Source: Paramoeba atlantica (lineage: Eukaryota; Protista; Discosea). Taken from it: 64,000 nt of DNA. Below the pieces are notes generated by a model that worked only from the letters and a program-made list of their open reading frames with translations, had not been told where the DNA came from and did no database searches. The stretch lies in contig CDRNVI010000177.1 of the NCBI GenBank assembly GCA_977017575.1, positions 248,001 through 312,000 of the forward strand. The letters run 5' to 3'. The translations under genes and the position numbers were made by a program. This document shows, piece after piece, positions 25,071 through 36,650 of the stretch (the first letter of the stretch is position 1; each line of letters begins with the position of its first letter).

Positions 25071-25930
25071 TTTTTTGTCTTTCTTTTGTTTCGTCCTTTT
25101 TGTTCTTTTTTTTTTTGTTCTTTTTGTTCTTTTTTTTGTTCTTTCTCCCTTTTTGTTCTTTTTCTTTTTTTTTTACTCTGTTCTATAATTTTTTTGATGT
25201 TGGTGTTGGTCTTGTGTGGAATGTGCTTTTTTGTGGGGTTGGTGTTTTTCTAGAAGAGGTTAATTGATGTGCAGGTTTTTCTTTTGATTTTTCTTTTGAT
25301 TTTTCTTTTGATTTTTTTTTTTTTTTTTTTGATTTTTTGGTTTCTCTTTTTTTTTAAGATCCAAAAAGTTTCCACAGACACACTATGGTTTTTCTCTTTC
25401 TGTTTTTTGTTAATATAAGTGAGGTTTGCTTTGTGGGGACGGTTTGGGTTTTCCTTTTCGATAAAATGGTGAATGTAGGTGTTTTTGTGGGAATTGTGTA
25501 CCTTTTTCTGTGGTGGCGCACCTTGTTTTTTTTTTTTGGAGGGGGGGGGTCTTTAATTGGGAGGGGGTTTGTTCAAGTTTTTAGAAAGGAATAACACACT
25601 GTTTTGTTGAGATTTAATAAGACTAAAAAGGTTATAATATTTGTTCACATAAACAAATGTTGCAGCCTCTTTGGGAATTTTCCAGAATGGACATGAAGAT
25701 TGGGTTTTGACTCGCACACCACCTCCATAAATACTTTGTGATGGGTAAATTAGCCACAGTAGCACCAATTTTGTTGGGGGGGTGGGGACATATTGCCAAA
25801 ATACATAATTTCCACAATTATTTTTCATTTGGTTGGTGACTTGAAGGAAGGGGGGGGGAGGTTTTTGTGGTGGTGTCGTATCTCCCCCAATCCTTTTTAA
25901 ACCCATTTTTTTTCCGATTTTTATCAAATT

Positions 25931-26003
25931 GCCTCCGTAGCTCAGTCGGTAGAGCGCTAGACTCTTAATCTAGTGGCCGCGGGTTCGAGCCCCGCCGGGG
26001 GCT
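25931..26003 (+). tRNA. trnK-CTT: tRNA-Lys (CTT)
   Basis: GCCTCCG/CGGGGGC acceptor stem, CTAGA-CTCTTAA-TCTAG anticodon arm, GGTTCGAGC T-loop, T-run terminator. Confidence 0.95.
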
Positions 26004-26149
26004 GTTTTTTTTTTTCTTCCTTTTTTTCTTTTTTTCTTTTTTTCTTTTTCCTTTTTTTCTTTTTTTCTTTTTCCTTTTTTCCTTTTTTTCTTTTTCCTTC
26101 TTTCTTTTCTTTTTTCTTTTCTTTTTCCTTCTTTCTTTTCTTTTTTTCT

Positions 26150-29100
26150 TTCAAAGGTGGTTTTTTCTCTTCTTTTTCTCTCTCTTTTTCTCTTCTCTTT
26201 TTTTTATTTTTTTTTTATGAACTTGGTCTGAACTGAACTGCTTCTTTGTTGCTCAAAGGTTTTTCTCTCTTTCTTTCTCTTTTCTTTTTTTCCTTTTTTT
26301 TCTTTTTTTTTCTTTTTTTTTTCTTTTTCTTTTTTCTTTTTTCTTTTTCTTTTTCTTTTCTATTTCTTTTTTTTTGAGCTTGGTCTCGCTCTTTTTTTCT
26401 CTTTTTTCCCCTTTTTTTCCTTTTTTTTTCCTTTTTTTTCCTTTCCTTTTTTCTTTCTTTTTTTCTCTTTTTCTTTTCTTTTCTTTTTCTTTTTCTTTTT
26501 TTCTTTTTTCTTCCTTTCCTTTTTCTTTTTCTTTTTCTTTTTTTTTTTAGAGCGAGCGACTTCGTCAATTTGCCCTTTCAAAGGTTTTTTCTCTTCTTTT
26601 AGCCTGGGCTCGTAGCAAGATTGCACACCAGCCTTTTTGAGGGTGCGAAAAGAAGAGGTCTTTTTGACCCTTGGATTTACCTCTTCTTTTTGGATTTGTG
26701 TTTGGGATTGGTCAAAATCAGTGAAAGTGCACTCGCAATTGGGTCCAGGTGTGGGGACGTAATAAAGTCGCCAGAGCAATGGTTGTCACTTGGTTCATTT
26801 TTCTGTTTCCATTCTTTTGGAATTTTTTCGAAAAAAATGGCCTCTGTTGAAGGAAGCGATATTTCTCTGCAACAAAAAGCATTATCAATTCGTTTTTCAG
26901 TTTTGTGAGTTTTGTCGCACTTCTAATAATCTTGCTCAAAAAGCATGAAGGTTTCTTCGTCAACATCCCTGGGAAGTTTGCACCTACCTCACGCTCACGG
27001 ATTGAGTCGAGTATTAATCGTAAGATTCGTGGTTGAGGTCTGGAACTCTGGCAGAAGAGGTGTGACTGGCGAACTCTTCGGGTCATGGGGGACCACACCA
27101 ATGTAAATCGGAGTGTGGTGGCAGGAATTATCGAAAGAGATTGAAAGTCCCCCCCTTGTGCAGCTGGGTTGTTTTGCCCACAAATGTGATTTGGTTGAAG
27201 AATCTTTTTTGAAGGCTTTGCGGAAAAAATCAAAAGAATGACTCTCTGCCCTCTCCCTCTTCTTCCTCTTGTGTTCCTCTTTCTCACCCCCTTCAACCAG
27301 TGCTCTCAGCGCTTCAAGTTTCCCCTGCTTTGGTTACCACCACAAGAGCCCTGTATCCTCACTTCAGATGAAGAAGGTGATGAGCCCTGGGAGGATGATA
27401 TTGAGCATATTTGTGTGGAGAAAGGACCTGAGCTTGGCTTCCCTCCAAAGACTGATGAACCTGAATATGGAATGAAGGCTCCTGGAAAAGACGATGACTT
27501 GAATACACACTCTGCAACTCAGTTTCTCTATCGAATCACAAAGGCATTATCGTTGACCTCAAAGGCAGGAAATCGCTATGGTCACTCTGAGACCTTTTCC
27601 CAGTGGTGCATAGTGAAAGGGTTTCAGTGTCATTTAACCCCCCCCCCTTCATTCAAATCGATTCTTGGTGTATTCTTAGAACGCATATGCCATCTACAAT
27701 GATCTGCATGTGGATCGGAATTTTCTTCAAGAATGTTTGGAGGACACTTGGACTCGCCAATTTCTCCTTGCCTCACTCTCATCTCCATTGATGTGCCACG
27801 AACTCTGATTGTTGGGGTTGTTTCATTATTTCTTTGGTTTTTTTTTTCATTTTCATTTTCATTTTCATTTTCATTTTCATTTTTAATTTCATTTTTATTT
27901 TTATTTTTATTTTTATTTTTATTTTTATTTTTATTTTTCTTTTTCTTTTTCTTTTTCTTTTTATTAATTTTTCTTTGAAATTCTTCACAGGCCCTCCTCT
28001 GACCTTTACCCTTTCGGTTCTTACAATTGAAGAGAGTGCTGCTCTTTGGAAAGAAGTTGAACAACATTTCATTGTTTTTACCACCGCCTCACTCACCCAT
28101 CCGCAACCTTCAACAACTTATCTTTTTCACAAATTGTGGGATTATGTTGGTTTTTTATTTGAGAAAAAAAATCCTCCCATTCAGGTCGCAAGTGATGGCT
28201 GAAAAAGAGAAAGTTTGGGAACGCTTGGAAGGGGGAATTTTGCTGAACTGGAGACACACAGAGATAACAAGGTCTTTCATTTGTGTTTGATCTCAGCACT
28301 GAAGGAAGTTCAAAAGGTAAGATTTCCTTTTTTTTTTCTCTTTTCTTCTTTCTTTTCTTTTACTAATTTTTAATTTTTTTGTTTCAGATTGGCAAAGAGA
28401 ACTTGGGGAATGGATCTCTTTCAAGTGTCCCTTCTTCCCTCTCTTCCCTCCCAGCTGATAATCTGGAACTGGAACTGGAACGTGTGTGTTTGCGAAAGTC
28501 AAGGAGAAGGATACCCATGTGAATCACTCTCTTGGTTGTTCTCCCACAATAAAATTCATTTCTTTTGACTCATTCTCTTTCCTTCTCCCAAAACTCCACA
28601 CAAAACCAGCGCCCTTCCAAAAAAAGTGGTGCGCAAAGTCAAAAAGACCCTTACTACTGGCCCAGGCTACCTCTTTTTTCTTTTTTCTTCTTTTCTTCTT
28701 TTTTCTTCTTTTTTCTTCTTTTTCTTTTCTTTTTCTTTTCTTTCTTTTTTCTTTCTTTTTTTTAAAACCTGATTATATTGAACTACCTTCTTGTCGATTG
28801 ACTCTTTCAAAAGTTTTTCTCTTTTCTTTTTCTCTTTTCTTTCTCTTTTCTTTCTTTCTTTCTTTTTCTTTTTCTTTCTTTCTTTCTCTTCTTTCCTTTT
28901 TCTTTTTTTTCTTTTCTTTTTCTTTTTCTTTTTCTTTTTTCTTTTCTTTTTTCTTTTTCTTTTTTCTTTTTTTTAAACCGGTGTGTGTCAAACTACTTCT
29001 CATCAATCTTTCAAAGGGTTTTTTCTTCCTCTTCCTCTTCTCTCTCTTCTCTCTTTTCTATTTCTCTTTTCTTTTTAAAACTTGGTTTGGGTCTTTATCA

Positions 29101-30503
29101 ATTTGCTCTTTCAGAAGTTTTTCTTTCTTCTTTTTTTTCTTTTCTTTTTCTTTTTCTTTTTCTTTTTCTTTTTTTCTTTTTTCTTTCTTTTCGTTTCTTC
29201 CTTTTTTCTTTTCTTTTCTTCTTTTTTTCTTTTCGTTCTTTTTCGTTCTTTTTCGTTCTTTTTCGTTCTTTTTCATTCTTTTTTCTTCTTTTTCCACCGC
29301 ATCCGATTTTTGAGAAAACGCGAATTTTAAAAATAAAGTTCAGGCCCATTTTTTTTTGGTAGCAATCCGGTGTTTAAAGGTGTCGTAAGCAACTTTTTGA
29401 TGGTTGTTAAGGTGGTAATTTTTTTTTTTTTTTTCAGATATTGGATTCACAAATCCAGCACCCATAATTCGAAATCCATTTTCATTTTTCAAAAACATAT
29501 GATAATATGTCGCTGCTCGAATACCAGCAACAGAGCCAGGACTGTGTTTCCAAATGTAACCCAACTTGGTAAGTCCAAAACTAGGTGTATTTTCCCATCC
29601 AAATCCTAAATAAAAGAGAAGAGAAAGCCCAATGTCTTTTTTGTCATGATGAAGAACTGTCCCATGAGCAATTGAGAGCCAGAATTCTTCAATCAAGCGG
29701 AAAATCTTTGTTGAAAGAGTCATTTGCTGTCCGGTTGCATCAAACTTTTTGTGAATGTCTTCATTGCATTCTCTCTGTTTATCAAATATTGGTGGGGGTG
29801 GGGAAGATGAAGATGTCTCTTTGATTGTTGAAGAAACCCATTTTTCGAAACGTAACTCAAAGATCGCATATCCTCCGAAAAGAGATTCCACAAATGGAAC
29901 AATCATATCATTCGTTTGGCCTGCTTGAACATATTCCCGAATCGGATTCACTTGCTTTGCATGAATTCCCATCGTTAACAAACACCATCCTCGACAATTT
30001 CTCTTTGTTTGATTAAATATAAAACATTGGAGGATTGAGAGCTCGTATACCTCCTCAGGAGATCCAACCGATTCCAACCGAAACATATCCTTCAAGCCAC
30101 TCTCCGATTTAAAATAAACATTTCCGGTCAATTCCTTCAATAAATTCTCATCTTTCAAAAGGTCTTGTTGGGTATTACAACCACCTGGATTCGCCAATTT
30201 TTGATAAAAATCTTCAGTGGCACCAGGAAAATGGGCCTTCCAGCTCGAATCTGAGAGGCGATCTAATGGGATCCTGTTCACATCATCAAAGAGAATTGTT
30301 GTTGTTTGAGAATTTTGTTTTGGAACTTCAAAAGATTTAAAAAGAACTGGAACTGGCTCTGCTGGTTTGATTTCAAAATAAGTTCTCATCAACGATAGTG
30401 CTTTTTCCCTGGTTTCCTTGTCAGAATAATGTGGTCATCCTGGTTTTGAATAATCCATCAGTTTTGGGAGTCCATGTGAACCACTTGCTTTCTTTCGACT
30501 CAT
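26150..30503 (-). pseudogene. Unknown protein (ATG 30503; TGA at 30435 and 29340) continuing into a Lys/Glu-rich tail with repeated EKxLKxQID-like motifs, interrupted by the hAT-like element
   Basis: MSRKKASG...SKPG*PHYS...LMRTYFE is in frame with the 350-aa ORF 29340-30392, and ORF 29058-29297 is in frame after the second TGA. The motif recurs on both sides of 26600-28669. Confidence 0.5.
26600..28669 (+). mobile_element. hAT-like DNA transposon (2070 bp) with 20-bp TIRs and an intron-containing, degenerate CxxH DDE transposase (copy 2)
   Basis: Left TAGCCTGGGCTCGTAGCAAG vs reverse complement of right TAGCCTGGGCCAGTAGTAAG (17/20). Shared subterminal GGTCTTTTTGAC. Protein VMGDHTNVN...LGCFAHKCDLVEESFLKAL...MKAP...NTHSATQFLY. 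TSD unclear in the T-rich flanks. Confidence 0.85.
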
Positions 30504-31276
30504 TCTTCCAACAATTTCAGAAACCTGGATATTGTGTGTGGAGTGGATTCAAAAAAAGATATTTATAAAAAATGAGAATAATAATAATAAAAAAAAGAGG
30601 AAGGAAAAAAAAGAGGAAGGAGAAAAAAGGAGAAAAAAAGAGAGAAAAAAAAGGAAGAAAAAAAAGGGAGAAAAAAGGGAGAAAAAAGAAAGAAAAAAAA
30701 AGAAAGAAAAAAAGGAAAGCAAGATGATCAAACGGAAACACAACCTTCTTTTCAAGCACTTCCCAAGACACTAAACTCTTATTTGTTTTTACAAGTTCTC
30801 TTACAGTCCAAAAACGAAAACGATCAAATAATAAAGGTGAAGGAGGAGAGTAGAAACTATCCTCATATGATGGCTCTGAAAGACGAACAGGAGGTAGCAA
30901 TAACATCGAGAGAGGAAAAGGGTTTTTTGGGGATAATGTCCACGAAGAAGAAGAGAAAGAATCATGGGTAATTGATTGACAGAGCAAAACATCCATTTCT
31001 AATCTCCTTCTTTTCTTTCTTTCTGATCGAATTTGTTTTTTTCTTTTGAGATTGAATTTGGTGAGCATTTTGAAAAAAAGAATCAAAAATTTGAAAGAAA
31101 GGAAAGAAAGTAGCAATTTTCGTATTGGATTCTTTTCAGATTACTTTTTTTCTTTTTTTTTATTAGAAAAATACAGCCAAAACGATTTTGTTCAAGCACT
31201 TTGTTTTTTTTTTGTTTTTTTTTTGCTTTTTGTTTTTTGTTTTTGTTTTTTGTTTTTTGTTTTTTGTTTTTCTCAA

Positions 31277-31885
31277 ATGTCTGAACAAACTGCTCACTCT
31301 GTTCGGACCCGAACTCCTTCTCGAAAACTCCTTGAGGCAGATGAATCTTTCTTTAAAAGAGGAAACTCTGTTCCATATTGCTACATCTCTCTTGAACCCT
31401 CATCACATCAAAGCGTAAACAAACCAAAAACTACAAACCAAAAGAAAAACCAAAAAGAAAAGTGTCCTCCTTGTGCTCTTTCTCTTTTGGAGAGCGATAT
31501 TGCAAGCAAGTTTTCATGTGATACAATTGTTGATTCTGTTGTTATTGAGCTTGATCGGATTGCCCATGATCTTTTTTCAAAAATTCCCTTGACTACTTGT
31601 AGTATGCGAATCTATCGAACAAAGGTCAATGCAGTTCTGTTTGAACTCCTCATCATCCCTCATCTTTTGAGAAGTGGTGGCGAACTTTCTCCTCACAAGA
31701 AGTCACTCTTCAACCCAATGACGAAAAAATTCAAAAATGGTCAAAAGATGTGGATTGTCACTCATAAAAAGTATCTGGTTGTATGGAGATTTTCTGCAAA
31801 TCTTGGAACTCTTGCAGTTCATTTTTTTGTTCAAGGATGGACAAAAGGAGGACTTCCAATCAACGATCTTTATATCTCAAATTAA
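31277..31885 (+). CDS. Hypothetical protein (202 aa), convergent with the RAG1-like gene
   Basis: Uninterrupted ORF of normal complexity (MSEQTAHSV...DLYISN*); ends 27 bp from the stop of the opposite gene. Confidence 0.65.
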   Translation: MSEQTAHSVRTRTPSRKLLEADESFFKRGNSVPYCYISLEPSSHQSVNKPKTTNQKKNQKEKCPPCALSLLESDIASKFSCDTIVDSVVIELDRIAHDLFSKIPLTTCSMRIYRTKVNAVLFELLIIPHLLRSGGELSPHKKSLFNPMTKKFKNGQKMWIVTHKKYLVVWRFSANLGTLAVHFFVQGWTKGGLPINDLYISN

Positions 31886-31912
31886 TAAATTTATTATTTC
31901 TTAAGATTGTGA

Positions 31913-34760
31913 TCAAAAACGTAATCTTTGTGGTTTTGCTTTTGTTTTTTCCTCTTCTTCCTCTTCTTCCTCCTCCTCTTCTTCCTCCTCCTCTTCTTCC
32001 TCCTCCTCTTCTTCCTCCTCCTCTTCTTCCTCCTCCTCTTCTTCTCCCTCTTCTTCATCATCAAAAGAAAATTCATCCTCTTCCTCTTCTTCTTCCTCTT
32101 CCTCTTCCTCCAACAAGAATTCATCTACCTCCTCATCCTCAAAGATCTCCTGTTCTAACTTCTCCATAGACTCTCCTGTCTCTTCCTCAGGTGGAACTAC
32201 ATAATTCTTTAAAATGAGTTCCCTTGTTGTTTGTGGAACTCCATTTTCACAAAAATCAATCATTTTCTTTTCAATTGCTTGACAACTTGGACATACTTTG
32301 TTTTCTTCCCCAACATCTTTCACAACACAAAAACAACATTTTCCCTTCTCAACAAACGATACACAATCCTTGATATTGTGCCCCCGAACAGATAGTTTCA
32401 CTGGACAAAGGAGGTGAGCCAAAAATCGAAAATCGTCGTATTTTGCGGCTGTCTCATACTTCATTGCGCCATAGCCACATTTTTTCACAAGTCGCTTTTG
32501 AATTAAATTTCGTAACTCTCCGCTTTGGCAACTACTGACAGCTGGTCCAACTCCTATTTGAAAAAGAATGAATGAAAGGAGATAATCAATAAAAAAAAAA
32601 AAGCAGAGGGGGGGAAAGAAAAGAAAGGAAAGCAAACCATAATTTTCATAGACTTTTTTGTAAAAATAAGGGCAGTCAAAACAAAGAGTATAAAACCATG
32701 GGATAATATTCGAGCTTGGAAATATTAATTTCATAATCTGAATAATTTGCTTTCCTGTTCTCGTCATTTCATCTAAAAGGTGTTGAACCTCACTTGGTTC
32801 CAAATCTTCCCCCTCATCATCAGTGAATTTCAAACATTCCCAAAAAGAGCTCATAAATTTAATTCACTGACAAATAAACGAAAAAGCTTGTAACTTCAAA
32901 TCGAACAAGGGTGGCAACTGGTGGCGAGGAAAACAGGAATAAATCGCTTCAACAACCAACTTGTGATAATTTTGCAATAGCCTTGTTGCTTGCTCTCCAA
33001 TCAACTGAAATTTCAGCTTCTTTCCTTCCTCAGTCTCAAGAATGTACTTCCATTCAATCGTCTTTGCAAAAGAGAGCAATCCAGAAACTCTTTTCATCCG
33101 CTCCACCATCTCTTGTAACATCTTTTTCCCAAATTCCTTATTGGAATTTGCAAACTCAACAATAGTAAGAAATAAGGCCAAAGTTGCAGAGCACTTGCCA
33201 TGAAGAGGACCATCTGGAGTAAAACGCTCACAAATTGCTAACAAAGGGGCTCCTTTTTGGCTATAATTCTCTTCCTGAATAAACTGTTGAAGGATCGCAT
33301 CTCTTGCATTTTCATCTATCGACTTATCTGAAATGATTTCTTGCCATTTCACTCGAACTTTTTCCCCCATTTCTTTCATTTTTGCCAATGTTCGCCTTCG
33401 TAACTTGTCTCGAGGAATGTCAGCATTGTTACGAGTTACATCAAGCCAATAAACAGAGAAATAAGTTGCAGAACAACCTTGATGACCAGCCACTTTACTT
33501 TGGTAAGAAAGGTCACCAATTGGAAGAAAATGGCAATGGTACAGATTTGTTTTGGTATTATCGATTTCACATGGAATTGAAACACCATTCTTTTCCAATG
33601 CTGCAATTCCAGGGTTTAAAACATTCTCACAAAGCCATTTGCTCACTTCATCATCTTCTTTGAAATTCCCACCACAGATCCAAGGCATCAATGTTGGTGA
33701 ACTTCCAACTCCAACAAAGTTCACAAATCGCAAATATGTATTTGTCATACCCATCTGAAAAATAGATTTTCAATTAAATCTTGTTTTGTCTCTTTTCCTC
33801 TATGCTCCCCCTCAAAAAAAAAGAAAATAATTTTTCTACTTACTTGTTTACTCTCCGGGGCACCATCAGTGAACATATTCACTAAAATTTGATATTTGCC
33901 TTCTTAAAAAAGGTGAGAGATTGTTGAACTTGGAGCATTGCTTTCAGTCTTTTCTCAACAACTTCTTCCAACTTTCAATAACCACCTTTAACCCCATACT
34001 CAGAAGGGAGTTCATGAAACCTATATGTTTATCTTTTGAGCAAATTGTTTTCATTGAGGAGGAGAAAAGAAGCTTATTACAAAAAAAAAAATAAATTTTT
34101 ACTTTGCTTCAAGCTCCAATGCGGACAACATTTTCTCCCTAAAATCCATCGCAGGCTTCGGAGCAGGAAGTTTTGGAAATGGAATTTCAAACTCTGGTGT
34201 TTTCAACTGAATTAGCTCCCCAGACAAAGGATCTAAGCCTCGCTGAAATATCAATTGCATAATTTGGATTTTTCGGTAACCCATGTCATTCATCATCATG
34301 TTCACAAACTGTGCTTGTTTCAAATTGTCAGATTTCTCAAGGTTTTGAAAGTCTATTTATTAAATTTTTAAGAAATCAGAATCCTTCAAAAACACACACA
34401 CAAAAAAAAAAATTAACCTTTTTGAACAGCTTTCTTCACAACTTGCTTCCCAACGGGCAGACAAATGACTTCTTCAATCAGTCTTTTTTGAAACCTTGGA
34501 CTTGAACTTTTCAAAAGTTCTGAGAATACTTTTTCGAAAGGTTTATCCTCTTTAATCCTCGTTTCTTCATCATCTTCATTACAAAGAACCTTTGAAGAGA
34601 TAAACCACTTTAAACTTTGTAATCTCTTCTGTTTTGCTCTTGATTTGAGATGAAAAAAAGCTCTCCTTTGCCTTTGCCGTTTTTTTTCACAAATAGCAGA
34701 AGTGTTGATGATTGGAAGTTGTTCTATTTTTGTTTGTAAGAAAAATTGAAAAATTGTCAT
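31913..34760 (-). mobile_element. RAG1-core/Transib-like DDE transposase gene with four apparent GT-AG introns, pseudogenised by in-frame stops
   Basis: Collinear motifs: MFTDG (D at 33865), SSPTLMPWICGGNFKEDD..LNP, IGDLSYQSKVAG (D at 33512), PDGPLHG, LIGEQATRLL and IIPWFYTLCFDCP...YGVGPAVSSCQSGELRN (E at 32516), paralleling RAG1 DGMG, PNSELCCKPLCL..DESD, YDEKLVREVEG, IDALH, MNGNFARKLM and TNYFHKTLAHVP...GAWASEGNESGN. Confidence 0.75.
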
Positions 34761-35045
34761 TTTAAAAGAAAGTTAAACCAGGTTGGTTTGGTCCTTTTGA
34801 CTTTTTTGATCTTTTTGATCTCTTTCCAAAAATCTTTCTGGTGAGTCTGTGAGATTTGGGTGTGCCGATTTTCAAAAAATTGCCCGATCTATTTGCTCTT
34901 AGACTTTAGAATATGGAGAAAAAAGTAAAACCAAAATGGAAAAGGACATCTTCTCTTTAAAGGGGAGATATTGGCTTGGCAGTTTGACCAACACTTTTTT
35001 AACACTTTTCAACATCTCTCCCACAAAAGTTGTTTTTTTGGTTCT

Positions 35046-36650
35046 TCAAAAATACATTGTTTCAAAGAACATCAAAAAACGAATCAAAATCAAAAAAACA
35101 AACCTTGAAAAGACTTCAAACAAAGACCAAAAAAGTGGACGGCAGAAACGAAGAGAAGCGCGAAAGAAAAACACGAGAAAACACAAGAACGCAAATGCCA
35201 TCCAAAATAGGGACTCAAAAAAAGTGCGCGATTTTTGAAAAATCAAATGTGGTGAAAGGAGGTTCTTTTGACCCATCAAAGACAACCGCACTTTTTTGTG
35301 CCAATCTGGCCCGCTTATCAAAAGATTTCCTGCTGCTGATTGGTGAACTTTCTTTGCATTGACAACCAACAACAACATTGTAACCTCCCATAACTTTTCT
35401 GTTGCTGTCCAGTCATATTTTCTGTGGGTTGAGAGAGCTCCCATTGTATGCTGATCTGCAACATCCACAAAATCCATCACCTCACTCTTTGTGGTTCGAG
35501 CAAGGGGGCGCATTTCTTCAAGCTTTTGATAAGTCGCTTGGGTTTCCAATGTATCATCATCCAACCAACATTTCAACTTCTTTTTCAACTTGTGTGGTAG
35601 AGTAACAAGTTGAGAGTGTACAGAGTTTTCGATTTTTCGATTGAAAGACATTTGCAAGAAAAGGAACCTGTCACATGGGACCTGTCACATTTAGAAAAAA
35701 AAAAAGAAAAAAAAAAAAGAAAAAAAGAAGAAAATAAACCTTCTCATTTTCTTTCAGACCATCAACTTCACCATAAAGAGTTTGACAATCACCATGTCGG
35801 GTGATTCGGCTACAAAGGTCATTTTTAAAGAACATCGAGGGTCTGCTCTGGTTGCAAGAGAAAAGACTGTGCTTCCCTTGTTTTGCCAACCCTTCCGTCG
35901 CCACGGACACTCCCAAAATAGGAATCAACAACAACAAGAGCTCCTTCAGGAAGTTGATTCAACATACAAAGAAGGGTTTCATGCGTTGGTTCGGACACCC
36001 CATCTCAATGATACTGAGAGAAAGCAACAAAATAGCCAGAAAAATCAACAAGAGACCAATTTTTAATGCCATGTGGATGAGGGTTCCTCATTATGAACAC
36101 ATGATGAGGATTCTTTCTTCCTTTGTGAGGAACAAGGGTTTCATCCACAACACCTGTATTTGCTGGGATCCAGATCGCACCCATAATTTTAGCGACAAAA
36201 GAACCACCCTCACTCTCAAATGTTTCTTCTGGTTGTTTATCTCTGCCAACCTTTTCTTCTCTGTTCCCAATTTTCAATAAATAAAAACTGGAATCAAAAG
36301 AAAACAAAATGACCTGACTCGGTTGATGATGTTCGGAAGTTTTTGGAGATAATCAGGGGGGAGGGCTGTTTCGATCGCACCTTCCACCACTTTGCATTTT
36401 TCTTGAAGGTCAATGTGCAGACGACCAGGCTTAATTGTTGGCATGTGGAGCTCTTTCTTCTGTGATGTGATCTTGAGCCGAATTTGTTCTTGCACAGCGG
36501 AAAAAACAGTGCTGAATTTGACCAGACCCTATTGTGGACAACTTTTCTTTCCTTTTTTTTTCGTGTGGTTTTCCTGCTTTCTTCGCCACAGAATTCCTTG
36601 TTTTCCGTTGGAAGGTTTTCGTGTTCGATTTTTGCCCTTTTAGTGCTCAA
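35046..36650 (-). mobile_element. piggyBac-family (DDE_Tnp_1_7-like) transposase pseudogene
   Basis: VVDETLVPHKGR...PHGIKNWSLVDFSGYF, VVVDSYFGSV, KLCTLST and MDFVDVADQH...W motifs; TGA at 36005, frameshifts and one probable intron. TIR/TTAA ends not located. Confidence 0.85.

Noticed and set aside
25373-25388. CACTATGG as a ProtoRAG/Transib TIR for the RAG1-like gene
   Set aside because: No matching inverted partner beyond about 11 bp upstream of the gene (34842-34852) and no 5-bp TSD; likely chance.
31277-31885. RAG2-like identity for the convergent gene
   Set aside because: Only 202 aa, with no GG-containing kelch repeats or PHD Cys/His pattern.
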